From the NCBI GenBank assembly GCA_964016885.1, contig OZ024745.1, positions 83,328,001 through 83,392,000 on the forward strand: a DNA stretch of 64,000 bases, given 5' to 3'. Under the pieces are notes generated by a model. It was given only the letters and a program-made list of their open reading frames with translations, searched no databases and was not told where the DNA came from. Source of the DNA: Eledone cirrhosa. Lineage: Eukaryota. Made by a program: the position numbers and the translations under genes. Of the stretch, positions 39,073 through 54,633 are shown one piece after another (the first letter of the stretch is position 1; every line of letters starts with the position of its first letter).

Positions 39073-40502
39073 TTTGAGTACTTACAGGAAATGTGTGGTG
39101 TGTGTGTCTCGGTCTCTAGCGTCGCTGCATTTGTTCCGGATACGTGTTAGTTCGTTCCTTATGTATCCGAATTTAGCGCTGGCTGGGAGGGCCGATCTGA
39201 AATGTACGAACAGGTCCCTGCTGGCGGCTTTTTTATAGAAGCAAGTGTGGATGTGGATGTGGATGTTGCCTTCCTCTGTTACCCTGTTCCATGCTGAACT
39301 TTATACTGGCGTCCATGCTGGAGAATGTTGTGTATATTTTATCCGCCTCCTCACGGGATGATGTAAAGATGAGTATGTCATCTACATATCGGGCGAAGAA
39401 GGTATGGGAATGGCAGGTGTTGAGGGCTCGGCATTCTAGCTGGTTCATATAGGTGATGGCCAGCAGGCCCGATAGGCTGGATCCCATGGGTAATCGTGTT
39501 ATCTGTCTGTATGTGTGGTGGTGGAAGGTGAAGTACGTGTTGTCCACTGTGAAGGACAAAAGCTGGTGTATGTCCGTCGGAAGGAGGTCGTAGCAGTGGA
39601 TGTCCTCTGCGACCACGCAGTCCGTCAATAAATCGACAGCTGGATGAGCGGGGACTGTAGTGTAGAGGGAGACAACGTCGCGGCTAAAGGCGTATCTATT
39701 TAGTTTAAGTTGTTCTGGCTGGAGTTGTTGTAGTCTACGTATGACTTCGTCGGAGTTATTGACGTGCCCGGGAAAGGTGGAGAGTAGAGGCTTGAGGACC
39801 TGGGAGAGGATCCAGGAAATTTTGTTTAGGGTTCCTTCTATGCTAGAGACGATGGGTCTTATTTGTGTCTTAGTACTATTCTTGTGGGTCTTGATGAGGT
39901 GGTAGAAAGTGGGCAGTCTGCTATTTCTAGTGGTGTAGTTGAGCTTAACTTTATTTGGGAGTTGTCTTCTCTTACAGATGTCGAACTAGATTGAGTTGGT
40001 CTGTTTTTCGATCTGGGCGGCAGTCATGTCTGGGATCTCTGTATATAGTTCATTGTCGCTTAGGTGTTCAAAGGCTAGGTTGTTGTATGTGGCTTGAGAG
40101 ATGACGCAAAACTCTTCACCTTTGTCGGATGGTAAGTATATAAGTTTCCCTATTCCGTAGGTTCTTCAGGACGAGTTGTTGTGTCCTGGAGATGTTTGGG
40201 GCTATCTTCTGTTTCCGTAAGATGTTATATACGGAAAGTTTTAGCCTCGAGAGTTTTTCTTCAAGCTCGTGGTTGGCAGCGGGTGGACAGAGTGGGCGAT
40301 CCAGTTGGTATATCGGGAATCTGGGTTTGTTAGGTTCCGTGGTGTTGTTGCCGAGAGTCGATATCCATTTTAGTTTGTAGGCAGCCCGACAGAAATTCGT
40401 TTCTATGTCGAGCCATAATTTGTCGTCCAGTCTCTGTTTCAATATGAACTTGGGACCCAGGCTGAGGAGGTCTAATTCCTCTCGGGAGAGGGATCCTGTC
40501 AA
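39073..40502 (-). pseudogene. PLE reverse transcriptase (frameshifted)
   Basis: PMGSSLSGLLAITYM, FARYVDD, LLSLGPKF; (D)VVSLYT around 39660-39680. Confidence 0.88.
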
Positions 40503-41184
40503 ATCTGTGACGAGGTGTTTCGTGTCAGGGGTGTTGTTGGTCGGGGCGCCGCTAGGTTCGGTTTGGTACCGTCTTGTTCGCCTCTGTTGGTGCTTAGAGT
40601 TGGGATGTTGTTAAGACGGTTAGTAGTGCTGAGTTTGAGAAATGTTTGCGTTAGTCGTATTTTCTCGTAGTCTCGGCGATGGTGGTATGACCTGTCTATA
40701 GTGGCGGAGATAACTGTGGACAGAGGTTCTCGGGTTTCAGCGAGTTGTGGTACAAGGCTAGAAATAGTCCGTATGTGTTGTTATAGCGTGCGGTGTAAGT
40801 GTTGTATGAGTTTTCTTAAGCAGAATGTTTGTATGCAGCTAAGTGATCGTTTGAGGCCTGGTGATTTGAAGCATGTTGGTAGGTGCAAGTTTTTGATAGT
40901 TTTGGGGATGATGTTCTTATCCAGGCATCGTTTTAGGAAATTTAGTTGGCAGCCGGCTTTGGCGCGCTTTTCAGATAGCTGGAAGAGTTTCTTTACAGTT
41001 GTGAACTTGGCCTGGCTCAGGCGTAAGGAAAGGAGGAAGTTATATATATATAGATAGATAGAAATAGTACATAACAGTTAGGTCACCATATAATCACTGA
41101 ATCATTTTATATTACCCACTGTGATACCCCAAGTATCGAGTACTCTGTTGGATTATGGTCCACCTGGTCTTTTACCACACCCTA

Positions 41185-41236
<52 letters not shown>

Positions 41237-41289
41237 GGTCTTGTTTATTAGGTTCGACTAGAAAAACTTAAACCCTACTTTCACTCTCC

Positions 41290-41820
41290 AACGCCATGAA
41301 TGATATATCATCTGTATGATGTCGGAAATATTCCATCAATATTCCCCAAATTAGGGGCCATCACTTTTAAAATCCATCTGCCCAACCGTCCCAGATACTT
41401 TCAACATCTTAGCAAATAGACCCGATGGTTCGGCTGCTTTACCTGTTTTCATATTCTTAATTGCTTTACTTCCAAGGTTGCTCCTAACGCATGGAGCTGG
41501 ACCTAATGTTGGGTGCGTTTTACCATCCAAGTGTTTCCTCGTTCATCAGCCCCTCTTAATGGCGTTTCAAGCAGTTTTAGTTTCAGTGTCGATGAGGGTA
41601 AGTGTGCCATCGTCGTTACGGACGCATTTCTCCTCCGGAACATTTCAGTTTTCCTTGATTCATTGCCTTGCAATCCTGAACACCACTCATTGTTGATCCT
41701 CATGTTCTAATACATACTTAAACGTTTCATAGTCTGCCTCACTCCTTGCCAAGTATACTTGCAGTCGAGCCTCTTACCTGGCTTCTTCGTAACCTTTCCT
41801 GCTATCTCCGTTTTTTTCAT
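41290..41820 (-). pseudogene. Decayed RTE-clade LINE fragment (pre-RT region)
   Basis: Manual translation gives VFRIARQ, EKCVRNDDGTL and AIKNMKTGKAAEPSG, with stops. Confidence 0.6.
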
Positions 41821-42445
41821 TCTTTCTATGCATATATATATATATTTATATATACAAATATATTACACAAAGAGAAGTGTGTTACACAATGAGATGTGTG
41901 TAAAGAATTATTACAAGTGAGTTTTACCGTTACTGTATAGAGAACAATATCTTCAGGTTTAGCAATTAAATAGAAAAATACTAAGTCGGAATCAAATCTC
42001 TGAAGTAGAGTTTTAAATTACCAACCTTATAACTATAAGTTTGCTGATACGAATCTCGTTCGTTTCACCTCAGACATGTGCAGTTTAACAGCCCAGAGGA
42101 TCCTCAGTCAGCAAATGTGGATGCTGTTCACGACACATCTAACCTCATGGATAGAGAGACAGCTAGTATTTTCCCCAATCCATAAGAGCCGTTATTTGAT
42201 GCAAATAACACGTGATTTCGCCCTACTCTGGGCAGCATGTCTATTATAATAAGAGCTTGTAAATTGAGAGCGTTTCAAACTTCGGCCTTTATTTCTTTAC
42301 AATATATTCTATTAATGTTTTATTCTCTCAATTTATTCTCCTCTTGAATTTTATCTTTAATAATGTAGTTAATATTTTTGCAAAAATTCAGCCTGAACAT
42401 AGTTTTATGAATTGTTTTTGCCTAACGCAGCTGCAGTAAAAGTTA

Positions 42446-42585
42446 GAGTTATGTCCCTTTACGGTCTGACTTCAAATCCCGCCGGGGTTAACTTTGCCTT
42501 TCATCCTTACGGGGTCGATAAAATAAAGCACCAATAACGTACTAGGATAATTGCTGGCGTTGTGCCAAAAGTAGAAACAATTATT
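42446..42585 (+). mobile_element. 5'-truncated tRNA-derived SINE
   Basis: B box ttcaaatccc, core actttgcctttcatccttacggggtcgataaa, tail gtgccaaaagtagaaacaattatt. Confidence 0.85.
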
Positions 42586-44400
42586 TTAATGTAATTAATT
42601 CTATACTTTTTGTATTTATTTTATATTAGTATAATTTTTTAGTATCGGTGTTTGTCTTTGCACAGGCTTTCACTGAAATGCGATCCTTTTAATAATTATA
42701 TCAACAATTTTCTGTATAATTCGTCAAAATTCATTCGATAACTGGCGACATGCAAGTCTGGGTCGCGAAAATTAAAGTTTCACCTTTAATATACATATCC
42801 ATCTCCAAGTAAAACCATGATAACACTTTTTAGTTAATACAGGTAAAGATTTGAAATCTAAGATAGCGGGTAAACATTAAAAAGGTGATCATATATATAT
42901 ATATAATATTAAGGATACTACTCATAGTTATGTATATACTATATACAACTATAAACAGGTAAATTTTGTAACTTCTGTCTTCTAGAGACCCATACTATAA
43001 TATTTTCGAACCTTAACCTCCTTAATAAAAAATCGGAGTGTTTGCATCGTGCCAGCACCGCTTCCGACACTCTTTCCAAAGCTTTAAAGCTAGTATATAG
43101 CAATGTCAGTTTTGAACTCAGCACCTCCATTAGCACTTCCTCTTTAGCGCTTGCAATGCACCACTGCACCACACTCTTTGACCCACCCTTTCCTCTACAC
43201 AATTCAGCCGACCTATAACTCTATACCCTTAATATAGTAAAATTAGATTACTTATAATTATATAGTGATGGAAATATAAGTTGGATAAACTTTAAATATT
43301 AAACGTAACAATGAATTATATATACATTTTCAATTAAATGTAACAATTAATATCATTGTATATATAGGATTAATGTAGTAACATAAGGGATTTATCTAAC
43401 TTAAATGCAATATGGAACAATGAATTATGTATAGATATATAATTAAATGTATGGATTATCATTAATAACATTGTATATAAAGAATGTGTTTATTCACTCT
43501 AGAGATATATCTACCTTACCATGCAAACAGCCATACGGTATTACATAGCTTACCATATACTAGGTAGACAGTAATCTAGCAAAACCTCTGATATATTTTG
43601 GGAGGGTAGACTGTATCCAAGATTAAATTAATATAAATATATAACAATTTGTATGGGAAACTCAATTATGGCACTTTATAATACTAGATAGGCAACTTTA
43701 TAATGATACCTTAATGTATTAGGAGAGAGTAGACTGGGTTTAAATTAAATTAAATTAAATATAAATATATAGTTTCTATATTAGGCCCTCAATATAAAGT
43801 CCCTTAGAACAATGAGTTTAATTATTATTATAATGAGCTAGTTACCTCCCCTTGCGCATTAGCTCCCCTTACTTCCATTCCCACTTCCGGGTATTAAACA
43901 GTAGAAAATTCTCCCAGCTATACAAATGTAGTATACGGTACGGACTAAATAACACTAAGTTACTTTACATTACAAGCCAATACTATAACAAACGCTCAAC
44001 ACAAATACATCGTGACATATGTAATGGATGTGAAACCTGGAACTTTCTTATTCTACACACACACATATTCGACCTACACTGAAAATATCTCAGCATTGCA
44101 ACCACCATAATATATTAACACACCTGCTTTATGTGCTTGTATTTTTTATGCAACACCCAGCATTCATATATGCTTGATACTTTTACCTGTTCAATTGCTT
44201 TATGTATGACTAACGCACGTACTGCCTCTTTAATTTTATTTATGTACTAGACGCTCTTGTATTATCTGTCACATGCTCCACCAAAAGCCTTTAATTGTAA
44301 TTTTGAATCTTACCCATCACACACTGTTGTCCACAATGTGTATCTGTATGACTCTTCAGCAGAATAGGAGGCTGATTATATGTAAAAACATTATTAATAA

Positions 44401-44448
44401 TGCTCCGAAGACCCCCAAGCCTAGGCTTGGAAGAAACAATTGTCAGCA
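44401..44448 (+). ncRNA. Minimal hammerhead-like motif with CCGAAGA core
   Basis: TGCT-CCGAAGA-ccc-CCAAGC(CTAG)GCTTGG-aa-GAAA-CAATTG-TC-AGCA, then attaaa and (TA)n. Confidence 0.6.
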
Positions 44449-45598
44449 ATTAAATATTCTAACAGCTTTGATTCTAGTGTATTCTCTCTCTCTATATATA
44501 TATATATATATGCGTGTGCGTGTGTCTGTTTGTGTATGTGTGTGTTCGTGTGTGTGTGTGCGCGTGTGTGTTTATACATACGCATATACATATATATACA
44601 TATTCATTAATTAGCAGTATGACAAAAGCAACGTGATTCATGTCAACAGTACGACAAAAGCAACGTGATTCATGTCAACTCAAATATAAGATATTAATGT
44701 ATTATATATATTGTTTCAGCTGTCGTCATCGCACTGCTACCACAACAACTGTGAGAGAACACCAAACACTAATGCTTCAAGATTTCTGTCTTCAGCAATG
44801 TTTAATCGATCGGTACTGAAGCAAGAATACTCTATTAATTGTGCGTCCATGTGTGAGTGAATGTGTCTAATGGTCTGTTAATTAATGGTTAGGGTTTTTG
44901 AGTTGGAGTTTAGGACCTGGTGGCACGTTGTGACTTTAGGCTTGGCGCTCACTCAGCTCGCATAAATGAGATCTATTTGTAGATAAAGGAGTAAGACTTG
45001 TCTCGCATTGTAACACGTTGAATCTTCATGAAAATTACATTGAAGTGCGCACGTGAATGTAGAATGTTCAGTCACTTACGTGTCAATTTTACGAGTACAT
45101 TCACACATACATAAATACATACATGCATACATACATGCATACATACATATACACATACATGCATACATACATACATACATACATACATGCATATATGCAT
45201 ACATGGATACATACATACATACATACATAATATTATAAAGCTGAGTGTCGTATGTATTATGTATGTATGTATCCTACACACCTCCCTATAGTTTCTTAGC
45301 GTTACTCTCTCCGTCGCTCTTCCCTCTCTCTATAATAGATCATTCCTCCTCTCTATAATTTAACTGCTTTACTCTCTCTGTCGCTCTTCACTCTCTATAT
45401 GACAACACTGTTTTAGTTTCCGTATCTCCCTTCAATATATACAGAGAGAGAGAGAAAGATTAAGAAAACTACACACACATATCTACAGAGAGAGACAGAA
45501 AAACCGAGGGAGGGGAAAAGAGAGAGTTAGGCCGTTAGACAGAGAGAGATACAATTATAATGTTAGTTATTCAGAGAGAGAGAGATAGAGAGAGAGAG

Positions 45599-45659
<61 letters not shown>

Positions 45660-45859
45660 CAGAGAGAGAGAGACAGAGGGCGACCAGCAAGTAACCGTAC
45701 CCAATGACGTTAAATAAAGTATCGGCATTAACATAATTTTGAAAGAAATAATGTTTTTGATCAAATGTAGCGTTGAAAAATAACGTTTATTTCCGTGGTA
45801 TACCATTCATCTGTCGTCGCTCGCATAAGTGACACACACACACCACACACACACGCACG

Positions 45860-45923
<64 letters not shown>

Positions 45924-46399
45924 ACACTTTCACACCTGATTTCGCAAATTGCCAGATACCATCAAAACAAAACACACAGACACACACACATGCACATACA
46001 CACATACACAAACACACATGCACATACACAAACACACACACACAAATATCTATACTTATAAAGCTGACGGTCGTATATATGTATGTATGTATGTATGTAT
46101 GTTAACAACACAGCTTAACTCTTTCTTTTTAAACTCATTTCTACGGTAGCTCCTGCCCTTTTCTAAGAAATTGGAAGGACAATGTGACACGGGAGGGTGT
46201 GTGGTAACTTTGCAGTGGAGTGGTGGGTGCAGGTATACCTAGCCGGGCACCAGCCGGACGGGCCATATAGTACATACATATATGCCTACATATCTTTGGC
46301 CTCCTTCCTTTTCGAGAGAGGATGCTTGCACCAGCAATTTAATTACTACCGGGTGTTACATTTCCTGTCGATGTTGGAGTGGTAATCTTTACTGCATGA

Positions 46400-47070
46400 G
46401 TGACGGATATAGGCAGATGCTACTTTCTTTACAGAACCAGGTTTGCGGATTTGTCTTACTCAGCGACTCGATATGATTTCCCCCTGCTTGTTTCGCGCTT
46501 CTCCGAATGGCCTATTTCAATGATTCAGCTAGGTTTTTCCAAGTCTGAAAAGCAACTCCTGTTCTTTTTAGGTTTCGTTTAAAATAGCGCTTTGAATCTC
46601 AACCGGGGACGGCCCAGAGACCTAGATTCCACTGTAATTCGCCATACAAAATGAGAAAATGCCAACGAAGACAACATTGGCTCAAAAGCGCGAAGACTTT
46701 TGGCTAGTTGGGTGCTCAATCATTTTAGTATTTGGGATTCTGTCCTACCAACGTATTTCAAGAATGCATCTGAGGCAATGGGGATGGAATCTGTTCGATC
46801 TTCTTTCTTGCACAGAATATTTGGTTCATATTTCACTAGAGTAGAGTAGTTCACATTTCACTTAGAGCGCAAGGTTTGCACACCTGCATCTTGGCGTTCT
46901 CAGTCAAAATTTAGTTTGAATACACCCTCTTGTGAAATTTGGACATGGCGACTGTGGCCCTCGCATGTTTTGAATTGATCTTTGGTTCAAGAGAAGGATT
47001 GAAGGTTCCTGTAGATCACATATACTGAAAAGAGTCAAGAGAGTTGAACTCGTTACTCCCAATATCAGCA
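46400..47070 (-). pseudogene. Decayed RTE/BovB-type LINE 3' fragment
   Basis: Manual translation gives FHPHCLRCILEIRW*DRIPNT, CLRW and ILYGELQ. Confidence 0.65.
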
Positions 47071-47104
47071 TACACACACACACACACACACACATACAAC
47101 CACA

Positions 47105-47172
<68 letters not shown>

Positions 47173-47184
47173 TATATAGAAAAA

Positions 47185-47458
47185 AAGATGAAATCGAAAA
47201 TGCAACTGGAGTCTTATTTTTAAAAAAATATATATATTTATTTGGTTCCTTTACCGGTTTCACAGTTCTTCTGCTTTTCAAAAGTAGAGTTGAGATGGAG
47301 GGTCTGTGGTTTTTCTTACAGATGTGAGAAAAACCACAGATCCTCCATCTCAACTCTACTTTTGAAAAGCAGAAGAACTGCGAAACCGGTAAAGGAACCA
47401 AATAAATATATATATTTTTTTAAAAATAAGACTCAAGTTACATTTTCGATGTCATCTC
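47185..47458. repeat. Fold-back palindrome (family P), ~135-bp arms, with two outward-facing UUGAAAA hammerheads
   Basis: CTT-TTGAAAA-GCAG(AAGAA)CTGC-GAAA-CCGG-TA-AAG at 47359-47394 (+); mirror copy at 47249-47284 (-); AATAAA follows. Confidence 0.88.
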
Positions 47459-47524
47459 CTTTTCTTTATACTTTCACTCGTGTAGGACACCTCGGTTATT
47501 TTTCATTTTGTAAAAAAACCTCAC

Positions 47525-47562
<38 letters not shown>

Positions 47563-47569
<7 letters not shown>

Positions 47570-47990
47570 TAACAGATTAAAGTTTAAGCAAAGAATCGCT
47601 GCTTTCACCCTTAATGGGATCTTCTGAAACTAACAAAGTCAATCTGTAAACCCAGAACTGGATATTTAAAAAAACGTTGCAACCGGAGGAAGACAGGAAG
47701 ACGATACTTTGGTTCGTGGAAACGTTCGCTGGCTAAGAACGGGAAAAAACGAATATAATACGTCATTAATAGGACCGCTCCTATTAATGACGTATAATAT
47801 TCGTTTTTTCCCGTTCTTAGCCAGCGAACGTTTCCACGAACCAAAGTATCGTCTTCCTGTCTTCCTCCGGTTGCAACGTTTTTTTAAATATCCAGTTCTG
47901 CGTTTACAGATTGACTTTGTTAGATTCAGAAGATCCCGTTAAGGGTGAAAGCAGCGATTCTTTGCTTAAACTTTAATCTGTTATTTTAAT
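47563..47990. repeat. Fold-back palindrome (family Q), ~212-bp arms with a 4-nt loop and two outward-facing CAGAAGA hammerhead folds
   Basis: Centre taatagga-ccgc-tcctatta; HHR folds at 47581-47631 (-) and 47922-47972 (+). Confidence 0.9.
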
Positions 47991-48149
47991 AAATATTTGC
48001 TCTACAGTTCTTATATATTTGATATATGTTTATCCATATCGAGCCCTCTTTGGATTTTAGTCTTTAAATTTATTATTATTACTATATATATATATAGCGG
48101 GGGGTGGGGGGGAGTCAATCATATATATATATATATATATATATAAATG

Positions 48150-49616
<1,467 letters not shown>

Positions 49617-49769
49617 AAAGAATAGAGGTGTAACACACAAGTTATATATTGGTAAACGGAATAGAAAATGCTGACAAATTGTTCACAGTTGAAAAATGGT
49701 TTAATTAGGAATAAAAGAGTATTGGTGATTGTATGGGTTAGTATTCAGTTGTGGTTTTAAGTTTTTAAG

Positions 49770-49808
49770 TTTTTACCGGTTGCGCATTTCTAAATGCTTT
49801 TCAAAAAT
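49770..49808 (-). ncRNA. pLTR hammerhead-like motif (UUGAAAA...GCAA variant); copies at ~54768-54806 (-) and ~56866-56905 (+)
   Basis: TTT-TTGAAAA-GCATTT(AG)AAATGC-GCAA-CCGG-TA-AAA. GAAA is changed to GCAA in all three copies; the third also has TGGAGAA in place of TTGAAAA. Confidence 0.55.
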
Positions 49809-50229
49809 AATTTTGAGATAGAGTGTCCGTGTTGTTTCCTCTGATCTGATTAGTTTGGGGAATTCTACCTGTTTTTATGTTAAAAAAGTGGCTTCAGCGT
49901 TACTTTGATGTTGTAAAAATTCTTGTGGTCAAAACAATTTTGATTGGTCGGTAGAGGTCATGTGAATGTAAAAAATTGATTTGGCGCCAAGACTGTTTTT
50001 ATGTTAAAAAAGTGGCTCCAGCGCTATTTTGTGTTTGCAAAAATTCTTGTGGTCAAAACAATTTTGATTGGTCGTTAGAGGTCATGTGAATAAAAAATTG
50101 GTTTTGCGCCAAGATTGAGAAATGACTCTTTCACAACAAATATGTGTGTGTGTGTGTGTAGTAGTAGTAAGGTGTTCGATGTTGTGATAATGGTTAGCAG
50201 GGATGTGTGTCAAATGGCTATTAAGATAA

Positions 50230-50262
<33 letters not shown>

Positions 50263-50303
50263 TGTGTGTGTGTGTGTGCGCGTGTGTGTGTGTGTGTGTG
50301 TGT

Positions 50304-50429
<126 letters not shown>

Positions 50430-50792
50430 GCAGAGTAATTCGTGATAGCAGGGATGGTCAGTAAGAATGTGTCTGAAAGCAATGGGGGGTATTTTAGCAT
50501 GTCAAAAGATATTTTTTAGCTTTTGTCTTATACGGAGAAGTGCGTGTGTGTGTGTGTGTGTGTATAAGTCTCTTTGTATGTTAATGTACGCGTGTGTATG
50601 TGTGTGTGTATATATGTGTGTGTGTGGGGGTGGGGGGGGGGGGACCAGTATTTTTTCCCCCTGGTAAAATGGTGTACATTATTTGATTTTTTTCAGTAAA
50701 ATCGGTTCTCTTAATAGAACATCAAAAATCTTAACAATAAAAGGTGTGAAATGATATTCACTACATATATATATACACATACATATATTCAC

Positions 50793-50848
<56 letters not shown>

Positions 50849-50984
50849 CATATATAGACATATATATTTTTCTGTGTTGCACCATAGAGCATGTGTGTTT
50901 ACGTATGTCATTGTGTTTATATGTGGGTGGAGATGTGTGCTGATGTAGGTATGTATGTTAACGTGTGTATGTTGTGGGTTCGTC

Positions 50985-53310
50985 TTAGGGAGAAGTGTTT
51001 AGACGGAGTCCGTATTTGTTAATGAAGTAAGATTCCTTGCTGATGCGCTGGGTGTGGGTGGCATTATCTTTAAATTTGTAGAGGGGGAAGATTCTGAAGT
51101 TGGGATGATTTTGGGCGGCACAGGTATCAATGTGTTCACTCAGTGGAATTTTCCTGTATTCCCGTATTTTAATTTGGGATCTATGGACAGTCATGCGTTG
51201 GCGGAGGCTGTTTTTGGTCTGGCCTATGTATTGTTCTCGACAACCTGAGCAAGTTAATACATATATTAGATTTTCCGATGCACATGTGAAATTGTGTTTT
51301 ACTATAAAACGTTGTCCATCTTTGAAATAGAATTCCGAACCCTCTATTAGGTTGATGCAAATGCCACAGTTGGGTCTATCGCATTTTTTTACTGTGGGTT
51401 TCGTTGTTGTGGTTGGCAGTACTTTGGCATGTGTTAGGATGTTTTTCATTGACTTGGATTGTCTTTTGCTCTTTATGATATCGTGTGTTCGTAGAATTTG
51501 GTTCATTCTATGGTCCTATTTCAACACAGGGATGTTCTGGAGGATGGTGTCAAAGGCCTCATTGTTCAGAGGGTTGTGTGTGGAGATGTATGGAAGAGCT
51601 CTTAGTTTCGGTTGATTTACTTTAGGGTGTCTAAGGTCCTGGGTACTGAGTTTTAGGGCACGTTGGATTCCATTGTCAATTAGTGATGCAGGGTAGTCCC
51701 TGCCTATGAGTGTGTCCTTTAGTTCTTGTAGCCGTAAGTAGCAGATGTTTTTATTGGAGACTATAGTACAGATTCTCTTGGCTAAGTTGTAGGGAATATT
51801 AATTTTAACGTGTCTAGGGTGGCAAGAGTTGAAGAGGAGATATTGCTTGGAGTCTGTGGGCTTGTAGTATATGTCTGTTTCTATTTTTTTGTTATGGATG
51901 TTAATGAGGATGTCGAGGAAGGGGAGTTGTTGATGGCTGTATTCCATCGTGAAGTTAATATTCGTGTTGAGCCCATTTATAAGGGTGTGAAATTCTTTAA
52001 GTTTTTCGATGTTTTCGTGTCAAAGTATGAAGCAGTCATCTAGATATCGCTTCCAGTTCCTTTCAATGAGTAAGTGGAGGGTGTTTCCAAATTTGTTTAG
52101 GACTTTAGTGTAGAGGGTGATTTCCAGGTATCCCATGACTAGGTTGGCATAAGTGGGGGCTGTTTTCGTTCCCATAGCGGTCCCAGATTTCTGCCTGTAG
52201 GGTTTGTTATTGAAAACGAAGTAATTGTTCTCCAAGATAAATTTGAGTCCCTCTATCACGAATTCTTTTTTGATGCGTTGTGGGAGTTCATTGTGGAAAT
52301 TATCCAGCCATAATTGGATAGCTTCTATTCCTAGGTTGTGGGGGATGTTGAAGTATAGGTTGACTACATCGAACGTCACTAGTAGGGTTTGTTCAGAAAG
52401 TGGCATATTAGGGAGGTGATTGAGCATATCTAGGTCGTCCCTTATATAGCTTTTGATGTGTTTGAGGAAGGGTTTGAGAAGGGTATCAATGAAGTTGCTA
52501 AGACGGTGCGTTTCGCAAGCGGGGCCTGCTATTATAGGTCTTAATTTGAGATCATTGGGTGAGGGGACATTGATGACTATGTCTGTGGCTTCCTTGCATG
52601 CCTTACTTATTGATTCGCTTTTATGTACTTTAGGGATACCGTAGAAGAGGCTGGATTTACTTGTGAAGTCTGTGATGAAGCTGAATTCTTTGTCAGTGAG
52701 TCCTTCTTTGTATTGGTTGATTAGAGTTTTTAGGTTTCTCATAATTTTCTGTTGATTGTAGTGTTCAGCCTTTTCGTAGTATGTTTCGTTTTCCAAAGTG
52801 GAGAGCGCTAAGTTGATATAGAATTCTGTCTCCATTAGGACTACTGTACTCCCTTTATCAGCCTCTTTAATTGTAATGGTTCTATCGGTTTTTAATCTAT
52901 TTAATTATTCCCATTCTTTCTTGTTGAGTTTTGGCTTGTGTTTTTGTCTGTGCAAGTGTTGGTAAGGGAAGTTTGTGATGTGTTCACAGAATTCGTCCAG
53001 GATTTTATTTCTACCTTTTGAAGGGGTGTAATTGCTTCTATTTCTGGCTAATGATTCATCCTCATTGTACTGGTCGAATAGTTGTTCACTAAGTCGTAAC
53101 TTTCTACAGAAGTCTGTGATGTCTTCCTTCATTTCATAGTAGTTAGGACGTAGTGGGGTCGGTGTGAATTTAAGACCTTTGGAGAGTAAGTTGATAAGGT
53201 TGGGTGTTGGTTCTGCTCTAGTAAGATTGATAATTTTTATTACTATCGGTTTCTCCTCCCTGTCTTGTGTTATTTTGTTTGCCTGTATCTGTGTGCTGTG
53301 TCTAAAAAAT
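50985..53310 (-). pseudogene. PLE RT-thumb-Cys linker-GIY-YIG region (a few stops and frameshifts)
   Basis: LLSKGLKFTP, IKEADKG, FYGIPKVHK, LRPIIAG, FDVVNLY, GTAMG, RYLDD, FLDI, YYKPTD, NLIYVLTCSGCREQYIGQT...RMTVH. Confidence 0.93.
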
Positions 53311-54633
53311 GGTTGGGGTAGAGGGGTTGTCTGCTGATGTTAAGTGGTCTCCTGTGTTTGTTATATTCCTTGTTGTTGTAAAATGTGGTTCGGGTTGGTG
53401 GTTGTAGATTGAATGGGGTGTTCCTGTACTGCGAGTATGGGTGTGTGTTTCTATGTGCCATGTTGTATTGTGGTGTTATAAGTGGCCTACGTAGTTGGTT
53501 GTATCGTGTGGTGTGGGTTTGTTGTGTATTGTGGAAGCGAGAGTTGAGAAAATGGTAATTACCTTGCTGCCCCCTTGACGCGGGGAAATTGTTACATCTA
53601 TCATGGCAGTGGTATCTTTTCCCTATGTTTGACGATGAGGCATCCGCGTAGTAGTTGAGTGATTTGGTATGGTGTCTCCTTGAAGGGGGAAATTTGTAAA
53701 TGTCATTCTGGGGGAGATGATTTCTTGGGTTTTTGTTCCTTCTTATGGTAGCGAGGTTGGGAAGTTCATCTTCGGTGTGGTGCTTCCTTCTTCGTTTGTT
53801 AGAGGCTTGGGGGTTTGAGAAGTTGTTGTGCGGTTCAGTTATGGGTTTTCCTATTTTTATAAACGGGTTATTGGAGGTGTAATCCGTTTGAAAAGTCGAT
53901 TCATAGTGTAGGAACCAAGCGGCACTTTTTTCCCAGCGTTGAAGGGATTTCAGTTCTTCTCTGTTGCAGTCCCCTTTCCATAATTTGGAGATCTTCTCTA
54001 CCTTGGGACCTTCAGTTTTGTTGTTGATTTCCAGGAGAATCTCTTCATCGATGGTTTTGATTTTTTCCTCATTTGTCTGGGCTCTCAGTTTAAGAAGTTC
54101 AATTTCTGTCTTCATTTTTTCCAATGCCATTCTTTCCCTAAGGTGTCTTTGAGGTTCGGGTTCATTTGGAATGGACTTTATTTGTAGTTTACGGGGGAGA
54201 GTTAGAGGGGTTGAGTTAAGCCATTTTCATATATCTCTGCTTTGTTGTGATTTTGTATCATCTTCCAGAATGAGAACTTTCTGTCTCTGAGGGATTTGTT
54301 CCATTTTGGAATTGTTCGAATTTTCATTTTGTATGAATCAATCTCACATGGTTCTTCGTTGGTTTTTCCTGGGTTGGTAGTAGTGAACATAGTTTGCATA
54401 GTATCGCAAAGGTTTTGGAGTTTGTCGCCGATTTCGGAGGGTTTGTATCCGTTGGCGGTTTCCTTATTTGTGGAGTCAAGTTTGTCGACCAGCAAAGATA
54501 GGTTGGTGTTGATTTTCTTGAGTTCCTGTAGGATCTCTTTATTTGAGTTGATGAGGGTTGTATCCGTTTTTGTTGGCATTTTCTGTATCTCGTGTGAGGA
54601 TATGATAGTTAAAAGAATAGAGGTGTAACACAC
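53270..54633 (-). pseudogene. PLE upstream ORF / N-terminal extension (coiled-coil-like, then N/R/H-rich)
   Basis: ORFs 54202-54633 and 53270-54130, lying between the upstream pLTR and the RT. Confidence 0.65.

Larger units (their letters stand above)
37862..41040 (-). mobile_element. Penelope-like element (Penelope/Poseidon-type), degenerate, between (TA)n tracts
   Basis: N-terminal FLKRCLDKNIIPK, LLSLGPKF, RT and GIY-YIG fragments; 3' hammerhead variant at 38021-38058. Confidence 0.9.

Noticed and set aside
44614-44679. 32-bp tandem duplication
   Set aside because: Real, but an ordinary local duplication with no further structure.
47185-47990. Palindromes as sequencing or assembly chimeras
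   Set aside because: The arms differ by scattered substitutions, and the families recur with different fold points.
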